Assembly (NCBI GenBank): GCA_965218785.1
Contig: OZ244650.1
Span: 1,536,001 to 1,600,000, forward strand
Length of the DNA stretch: 64,000 bases
Origin: Nitrosopumilus sp.
GTDB lineage: Archaea > Thermoproteota > Nitrososphaeria > Nitrososphaerales > Nitrosopumilaceae
Direction: 5' to 3'
The notes under the pieces were generated by a model. The model ran no database searches. It had not been told where the DNA came from and saw only the letters and a list, made by a program, of their open reading frames with translations. Within the stretch, counting starts at the first letter, position 1, and each line of letters opens with the position of its first letter. The translations under genes were made by a program, and so were the position numbers. Positions 58,158-64,000 of this stretch are shown here, piece by piece.

Positions 58158-59204
58158 ATGAAAGTAGGCATAGTAGGAGCGTCAGGTTATGTTGGAGGGG
58201 AAACACTCCGTCTTCTTGTCAATCATCCGGATGTCGAAATTAGCATGGTAACATCAAGACAGCATGTTGGGGAATACCTCCACAGAGTACAGCCTAGTTT
58301 GAAGGGATTCACCGATCTTACTTTCTCAGAACTAGACTATGATAAACTGACTGACAATTGTGATCTGGTTTTCACGGCGGTTCCACACGGTACTGCGACT
58401 GAAATCGTAAAGGCGCTCTATGACAGGGGTATCAAAATAATTGACTTGAGTGCAGATTACAGACTTCATAATCAGGAGGCTTACGACAAATGGTATGGAT
58501 GGAAACATCCACATCCTGATTACCTGTCAAAATCGGTTTTCGGCATTCCAGAGCTGCACAGGGAGAAAATCAAAAAGGCACAGCTTGTCTCTTGCCCGGG
58601 ATGCATGGCAGTTACATCAATACTGGCACTTGCACCATTAATTCGAAATAACATTATTGATACAGAACACATCATAGTTGATTCAAAGATCGGTTCTTCT
58701 GGCGCAGGTTCCGGTTCAGGAACCGCACACGCAATGAGGGCAGGAGTAATCAGACCATACAAACCAGCAAAGCACAGGCACACAGGCGAAATTGAACAGG
58801 AGCTTGGTGAAATTGCAGGAAAGAAGATACGTGTTTCAATGAGTCCACATGCAGTGGATGTAGTTCGTGGAATTTTATGTACGAATCATACCTTCATGAA
58901 CAAGGATGTAGAAGAGAAGGAATTATGGAAATTATATCGACAGGCATACGGTGAAGAGAAATTTATAAGACTGATTAGGGACAAAAAGGGATTGTACAAA
59001 TTCCCGGATCCAAAGTTCTTGGTAGGTTCAAACTTTTGCGATATTGGATTTGACTTGGACGAAGATAATCACAGATTAATTGCATTGTCTGCATCAGATA
59101 ACTTGATGAAGGGTGCAGCAGGCTCTGCCATTCAAAACATGAATGTCATGTGTGGTTTTGATGAAATGGACGGGCTGAGATACACGCCGTTGACTCCTGT
59201 TTAG
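58158..59204 (+). CDS. argC: LysW-aminoadipyl/glutamyl-phosphate reductase (ArgC/LysY)
   Basis: GASGYVG, DLSADYR, PGC, DNLMKGAAG.AIQN. Confidence 0.93.
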   Translation: MKVGIVGASGYVGGETLRLLVNHPDVEISMVTSRQHVGEYLHRVQPSLKGFTDLTFSELDYDKLTDNCDLVFTAVPHGTATEIVKALYDRGIKIIDLSADYRLHNQEAYDKWYGWKHPHPDYLSKSVFGIPELHREKIKKAQLVSCPGCMAVTSILALAPLIRNNIIDTEHIIVDSKIGSSGAGSGSGTAHAMRAGVIRPYKPAKHRHTGEIEQELGEIAGKKIRVSMSPHAVDVVRGILCTNHTFMNKDVEEKELWKLYRQAYGEEKFIRLIRDKKGLYKFPDPKFLVGSNFCDIGFDLDEDNHRLIALSASDNLMKGAAGSAIQNMNVMCGFDEMDGLRYTPLTPV

Positions 59205-59206
59205 AA

Positions 59207-60010
59207 ATGATCACAATCAAAATTGGCGGAAGTGTTGTAGACGACTTGCATCCATCCATAATTACAGACATTAAAAAAATAATAGAGTCAGAAGGGCTGA
59301 TTCTGGTTCACGGAGGCGGAAAGGAAGTTACAAAAGTTTGTAAGCAGCTTGGAAAGGAACCAAGATTTGTGAAATCACCAAGTGGAATTAAAAGCAGGTA
59401 TACTGACAAGGAGACTGTGGAAATTTTTACGATGGTAATGTCTGGTAGAATAAACAAAACAATTGTTCAGATGCTTCAGAAAAACGGCATTAATGCAGTC
59501 GGTCTGTCAGGCGTTGATGCCAGAGTTATAGAGGCCGACAGAAAGAAGAAACTCATCATAGTTAACGAAAAAGGCAGAAAACAGGCAATTGACGGCGGAT
59601 ATACTGGAAAGATTACCAATGTGAATGCCGGGTTTATCAAATCACTCCTAGAGCAGGGACTTACGCCTGTTATTTCACCCATAGCAATCAGCGAAGAGTC
59701 CGAATTTCTTAATGTGGACGGGGATCGGGCCGCGGCATATGTTGCCGGAAAGACAGGCAGCGACAAGGTATTATTCATCACAAATGTTGATGGATTATTA
59801 ATGGATGACAAACTTGTTCCCAAACTGACATTGGCAGAAGCAAGGGAGATTAGACCAAAGATAGGACCCGGTATGGAAAAGAAAATTTTGGCATCAACAG
59901 AGGCCCTGGATATGGGTGTAAGGCAGGCATTAATTGCAAATGGTCAGAAAGAGAATCCAATATCTTCTGCAATCGCACATGACAACTGTACGGTGATTGA
60001 ACATGAGTGA
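59207..60010 (+). CDS. lysZ: LysW-aminoadipate/glutamate kinase (ArgB/LysZ)
   Basis: IKIGGS, VHGGG, SRYTD, NVDGD, GMEKK. Confidence 0.92.
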   Translation: MITIKIGGSVVDDLHPSIITDIKKIIESEGLILVHGGGKEVTKVCKQLGKEPRFVKSPSGIKSRYTDKETVEIFTMVMSGRINKTIVQMLQKNGINAVGLSGVDARVIEADRKKKLIIVNEKGRKQAIDGGYTGKITNVNAGFIKSLLEQGLTPVISPIAISEESEFLNVDGDRAAAYVAGKTGSDKVLFITNVDGLLMDDKLVPKLTLAEAREIRPKIGPGMEKKILASTEALDMGVRQALIANGQKENPISSAIAHDNCTVIEHE

Positions 60011-61184
60011 GGATCAATTTATGGGAAACCTCTATCAGAGATTTCCAGTCACAATTGAGAGAGGGGCGGGATCCCACGTATGGGATGTCGATGGGAAAGA
60101 ATACATTGATTGCATGGGAGGATACGGTGTTGCACTAGTCGGTCATCAAAATCATAGAGTCAACAACGCAATAAGAGAGCAGATTGATAAAATAATCACT
60201 GTTCACAGTTCATTATACAACAAAACAAGGGAGGAATTTTTAAAGACACTCATTGGGCTGGCTCCCAAGGGACTCACACAAGTTCATCTAAACAATAGTG
60301 GTGCAGAGGCAGTAGAGGCCGCAATAAAGTTTGCAAGAAAGTTTACAGGTAAAAAGGGAATGGTTGCAATGAAAGGCTCTTACCACGGAAAATCTTTTGG
60401 AGCCCTGTCATTAACGTTTAGCCCAAAATACAAAAAAGCATTTGCCCCGCTTGTGGAGAAGGTCTCCTTTGCATCCTACGGGGATATTGAATCGCTTCGT
60501 GCAACAATAGATGATGATACGGCATTTGTAATCCTGGAGCCGATTCAGGGGGAAAGCGGCATCATTGTTGCACCAGAAGGGTTTTTGCAGGATGTAAGAA
60601 AGCTTTGTGATGAGAGGGGAATCCTGTTGATTTTTGACGAGATACAGTCAGGTTTGGGCAGAACCGGACGATTATGGGCCTGCGATCACTGGAATACAGC
60701 ACCTGATATTATGTGTCTTGCAAAAGGAATAGCAGGAGGGGTGCCGATGGGGGCAACCCTTGTCAGACCGGACATTTTATCTTCAATGAGCAAGGGGGAG
60801 CATTCCTCCACATTTGGAGGAAATCCCATGTCTTGCGCAGCGGGAACCGCGGCCCTTAAAGCATTAACAGAGGACGGATTGATTGAAAATTCTGAAAAAA
60901 TGGGAAAAATTTTCAGGGAAGGATTGGAAAAACTAAAAGAGAAACACACCATGATTAGAGAAGTTCGCGGAAAGGGACTCATGATAGGAATAGAGATAAA
61001 GTTTGAGATCAGGGATATTCTGATGGGGCTGATAAGTAAAGGCGTTCTAATGTTATACTCTGGAAGAAACATCCTAAGAATACTGCCACCCCTTGTAATA
61101 TCTGAAGAGGACATAACAAAAGTTTTACATGCACTTGATTCTGTATTAACTGAAGAGGAGCAAAAACGTAATGTACAAGGATAA
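60003..61184 (+). CDS. lysJ: LysW-semialdehyde aminotransferase (ArgD/LysJ), class III PLP
   Basis: NSGAEA, EPIQGE.G, DEIQSGLGRTG, AKG, STFGGNP. Confidence 0.92.
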   Translation: MSEDQFMGNLYQRFPVTIERGAGSHVWDVDGKEYIDCMGGYGVALVGHQNHRVNNAIREQIDKIITVHSSLYNKTREEFLKTLIGLAPKGLTQVHLNNSGAEAVEAAIKFARKFTGKKGMVAMKGSYHGKSFGALSLTFSPKYKKAFAPLVEKVSFASYGDIESLRATIDDDTAFVILEPIQGESGIIVAPEGFLQDVRKLCDERGILLIFDEIQSGLGRTGRLWACDHWNTAPDIMCLAKGIAGGVPMGATLVRPDILSSMSKGEHSSTFGGNPMSCAAGTAALKALTEDGLIENSEKMGKIFREGLEKLKEKHTMIREVRGKGLMIGIEIKFEIRDILMGLISKGVLMLYSGRNILRILPPLVISEEDITKVLHALDSVLTEEEQKRNVQG

Positions 61185-61590
61185 TATCGATCAAAAAATC
61201 ATAGGATATCTAAAGGAAAATTCCAGAGAATCCTTTGTAGATATTGGGAAAAAACTGAAACTTTCTGAATCAGCAGTGAGAAGACGTGTTAAAAATTTGA
61301 TAGGTGGCGGGATAATCAAAAAATTTACTTTGGAGTTAGGGGAAGAAAATGCGACTAGCGCCATTGTTTTAGTTTCCGTGGATTCTGCAACAGACACATC
61401 CAAAGTCTCCCAAAAACTTGTCAAATTAGAGGGAGTAAAAACAGTTTATGAGATTACAGGTCAATACGACATTACGACGATTATTAGTGCGGCGACAATT
61501 ACCGAAATCAACAACAGCATTGATGCGTTAAGAAAAATTCTCGGTGTTGTTGACACAAATACCGTAATTATTTTGAAAAAAGTAGTCTAA
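61171..61590 (+). CDS. lysM: Lrp/AsnC transcriptional regulator (LysM-like)
   Basis: HTH LSESAVRRRV, ITGQYD; inside Lys/Arg cluster. Confidence 0.82.
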   Translation: MYKDNIDQKIIGYLKENSRESFVDIGKKLKLSESAVRRRVKNLIGGGIIKKFTLELGEENATSAIVLVSVDSATDTSKVSQKLVKLEGVKTVYEITGQYDITTIISAATITEINNSIDALRKILGVVDTNTVIILKKVV

Positions 61591-61655
61591 AACGATATTC
61601 GCATCATAATTTTAAATCAAAACTAAATTAGGATCATAGTTAGTTAATATCAACG

Positions 61656-61680
61656 AACATAGTACGAATATGTTTATATT
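61656..61680 (+). promoter_or_regulatory. Putative TATA box with abutting inverted repeat upstream of homocitrate synthase gene
   Basis: AACATA-GTACGAA-TATGTT overlapping TTTATATT, about 27 nt before ATG 61707. Confidence 0.45.
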
Positions 61681-61706
61681 CCTAATTTCAAGCAACGATT
61701 TTAGCA

Positions 61707-62873
61707 ATGAAAGATCCGAATTACTATGCAGACATTTACAACGCATACGACAAAAATCCAAAGAAGATCAAGGTATTGGACAGTACTTTAAGGGAAGGCG
61801 AACAGCATCCCGGTGTTTCATTTACAAACAAACAAAGAATTCAGATTGCATGGATGTTGGATTATTTCGGGGTGGATCAAATTGAAATATCCCCGATTGT
61901 CTCCAGTGATCATAAAGAGGCAACCAAGACGATCATCAAACAAGGATTGACGGCAGACATTGTTTCACACGGACGTGCACTCAAAAAAGACATTGATGTA
62001 TCACTAGATTGTGATGCAAAATGGTGTGCCGTATATTTGGGAATCTCAGATATTCATCTAAAAGACAAGCTACGTATCTCAAAAGAGGAGGCACTTCACA
62101 GGGCAGTTGAGACTGTAGAGTATGCAAAATCTCACGGTCTTAAAGTTAGGTTTACAGTAGAAGACGGAAGCAGGGCAGAGCCCCAATTTTTACTCAGAGT
62201 GTGCAGTGCAATAGAGAAAGCAGGAGTTGACAGGATTAGTCTTCCAGATACGGTCGGGATTTTGCGTCCGATTGGAATGTATAATTTTGTCAAGAAGGTC
62301 AGAGAGGTAGTCGATGTTCCATTGGATGCACATGTTCACAACGACATGGGATTTGCAGTGGCAAATGCGTTTTCGGCCTGTGATGCAGGAGTCGACCAGA
62401 TTCATACTACTATTGACGGGATTGGGGAAAGAACCGGAATACCGCCACTAGCCGAAGTCGCAGTAGCACTGACTTTTCTATACAAGTCATCAAATGACTT
62501 TAGACTAGATATGCTGCTGGATCTGTCTAGATTAATCGAACAGTACACGTCAATCAAACCATATGACTCAAAACCCATCGTAGGATCATCGGCGTACAAA
62601 CACAAGGCAGGAACGCACCTGGCTGCAATTCTCAGAAATCCCGCAGCTTATGAGCCCATTCCACCACGCGTGGTTGGAAATAGAAGAAGAATTGTGTTCG
62701 GGGAACTGGCAGGAAAAACAGGAGCTGCATATCTGATGTCATTATTGGGTTTGAGCAAGGATGACGAGGGGGCAAAGGCAGTCGCTGCAGGACTAAAGGC
62801 TCTTAGAATGGGAGATCTTATCGAGATTCCCCTTGAGGACAGGCTTGAAAAAAAGATAATTAGTGATAAATAG
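61707..62873 (+). CDS. Homocitrate synthase (LeuA/DRE-TIM family)
   Basis: DSTLREGEQ, DTVG, HVHNDMG, GIGER.G, HKAG.H; no LeuA regulatory domain; lysine-cluster context. Confidence 0.85.
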   Translation: MKDPNYYADIYNAYDKNPKKIKVLDSTLREGEQHPGVSFTNKQRIQIAWMLDYFGVDQIEISPIVSSDHKEATKTIIKQGLTADIVSHGRALKKDIDVSLDCDAKWCAVYLGISDIHLKDKLRISKEEALHRAVETVEYAKSHGLKVRFTVEDGSRAEPQFLLRVCSAIEKAGVDRISLPDTVGILRPIGMYNFVKKVREVVDVPLDAHVHNDMGFAVANAFSACDAGVDQIHTTIDGIGERTGIPPLAEVAVALTFLYKSSNDFRLDMLLDLSRLIEQYTSIKPYDSKPIVGSSAYKHKAGTHLAAILRNPAAYEPIPPRVVGNRRRIVFGELAGKTGAAYLMSLLGLSKDDEGAKAVAAGLKALRMGDLIEIPLEDRLEKKIISDK

Positions 62874-62895
62874 AGAGGATAGATGAGGAGAAACT

Positions 62896-63063
62896 ATGTC
62901 AAAATGTGAAGAATGCGATGCAGATATTCCCATACCAGCTGATGCGCTTGAAGGGGAGATTGTGACATGTCCGGAATGTGGTGCAAGTTTCGAGTTGGCT
63001 AAAAGTTCGGATGGTTTCAATCTAAAGCCTGCCCAAACAGTCGGCGAGGACTGGGGGCAGTGA
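62896..63063 (+). CDS. lysW: LysW paralogue (copy 2) ending in EDWGQ
   Basis: MSKCEECDA...CPECGA...AQTVGEDWGQ*; last codons GAG GAC TGG GGG CAG TGA. Confidence 0.93.
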   Translation: MSKCEECDADIPIPADALEGEIVTCPECGASFELAKSSDGFNLKPAQTVGEDWGQ

Positions 63064-63902
63064 GTCCTGACGTTACTATTCTTTATGATACCATCCGTTG
63101 GGAAGAAAAAGCTCTGCTAAAAGCTGGTAAAAAAAAGAATATCGATATTCAAATGATAGATTGTAAAAAGTTGGCAGTGGATTTGGAAAAAAAACCCGAA
63201 GAGTATGGCACTGTTATCCAGAGATGCGTGAGTTACTATAGAAATCTGCATTCAACTGCAGCCCTTGAGGGATTGGGGGTCAGGGTAATCAATTGTCTTA
63301 ACACGGGTATTTTTGCAGGAAATAAATTATTCACACACATGTTGTTGAAAAAATTTGGAGTGCCAACTCCAGATGCGACAGTTGCCTTTTCAAAAGATGC
63401 CGCAGTTGACGCATTAGAGAAACATGGATTTCCCAGAGTAATCAAGCCAACAGTTGGTAGTTGGGGCAGACTAGTCTCAAAATTAAATGACAAAGAGTCT
63501 GCTGAGGGAATTATTGAAAGCAGGGAAAACTTGTATCCAATTTATCACATTCACTATCTAGAAGAGTTTGTAAAAAGGCCTCCAAGGGATATCAGGGCCA
63601 TAGTGGTAGGAGATAGAATAGTTGCGGCAATTTACAGAAACTCCAAGAATTGGAAGACAAACATGGCACTTGGAGGAGTGGCAGAGCCATGCAAGGTCAC
63701 GCCGGAAATGGAAGAAATGTGTATAAAGGCAAAAAAGGCAGTTCAGGGGGATATCGTGGGTGTAGATTTGATGGAAAGCAATGAGAAAGGACTAGTGGTT
63801 CACGAAGTTAACAATACAACAGAATACAAGAATACTGTAAGGGTGTGCGAAATAGATATTCCCTCATTAATGCTCGATTATGCACTCAAAACAGGCAGGT
63901 AG
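63060..63902 (+). CDS. lysX: Alpha-aminoadipate-LysW ligase (ATP-grasp)
   Basis: RWEEKAL, RCVSYYR, KPTVGSWGR, EVNNTTEYKNT; follows homocitrate synthase and lysW. Confidence 0.88.
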   Translation: MSPDVTILYDTIRWEEKALLKAGKKKNIDIQMIDCKKLAVDLEKKPEEYGTVIQRCVSYYRNLHSTAALEGLGVRVINCLNTGIFAGNKLFTHMLLKKFGVPTPDATVAFSKDAAVDALEKHGFPRVIKPTVGSWGRLVSKLNDKESAEGIIESRENLYPIYHIHYLEEFVKRPPRDIRAIVVGDRIVAAIYRNSKNWKTNMALGGVAEPCKVTPEMEEMCIKAKKAVQGDIVGVDLMESNEKGLVVHEVNNTTEYKNTVRVCEIDIPSLMLDYALKTGR

Positions 63903-63905
63903 GAA

Positions 63906-64000
63906 TTGACGAATCATTTTACAATAACACCGAGTTTTGCAGTAAAGACACTTGAAAAGGCGCTCAGGCTGTACACGCCATCCCTCAGTGAAAAACCAAT
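63906..64000 (+). CDS. N-terminal fragment, probably LysW-lysine/ornithine hydrolase (LysK, M20 family)
   Basis: TTG start; LEKALRLYTPSLSE matches the M20 N-terminal L....PS..E pattern; expected position in cluster. Confidence 0.65.
   Translation, partial: MTNHFTITPSFAVKTLEKALRLYTPSLSEKP

Overview
Chromosomal window from an ammonia-oxidising archaeon (Nitrosopumilaceae, Nitrosopumilus-like). The assignment rests on an AOA-type NirK, a divergent thaumarchaeal FtsZ, a 4-TM double-cupredoxin protein, eL31/eL39/EF-1beta/Rpo7/Spt4, and the nurA-herA-mre11-rad50 operon. The window is gene-dense core genome: RNA helicase and tRNA-modifying enzymes, cdc48, heme o synthase, H+-PPase, NAD synthesis (nadA/nadC/nadX), split B12-dependent methionine synthase, a NitT/TauT ABC transporter, and a LysW-dependent Arg/Lys cluster that runs off the right edge. 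I found no rRNA, complete tRNA, CRISPR array or intact mobile element. Main oddities: (1) the second LysW carrier ends in EDWGQ instead of the mechanistically required EDWGE; (2) Rpo7 and Spt4 are fused in frame by a 4-nt loss in an 18-bp tandem repeat; (3) eL31 has a long tail of perfect 36-bp repeats; (4) one small protein resembles arcadin-1; (5) the two Walker A regions of cdc48 share 34 identical bp; (6) an orphan HExxHxxGxxH motif lies just past an MFS stop codon. All homology calls come from motif reading and recall, not database searches.
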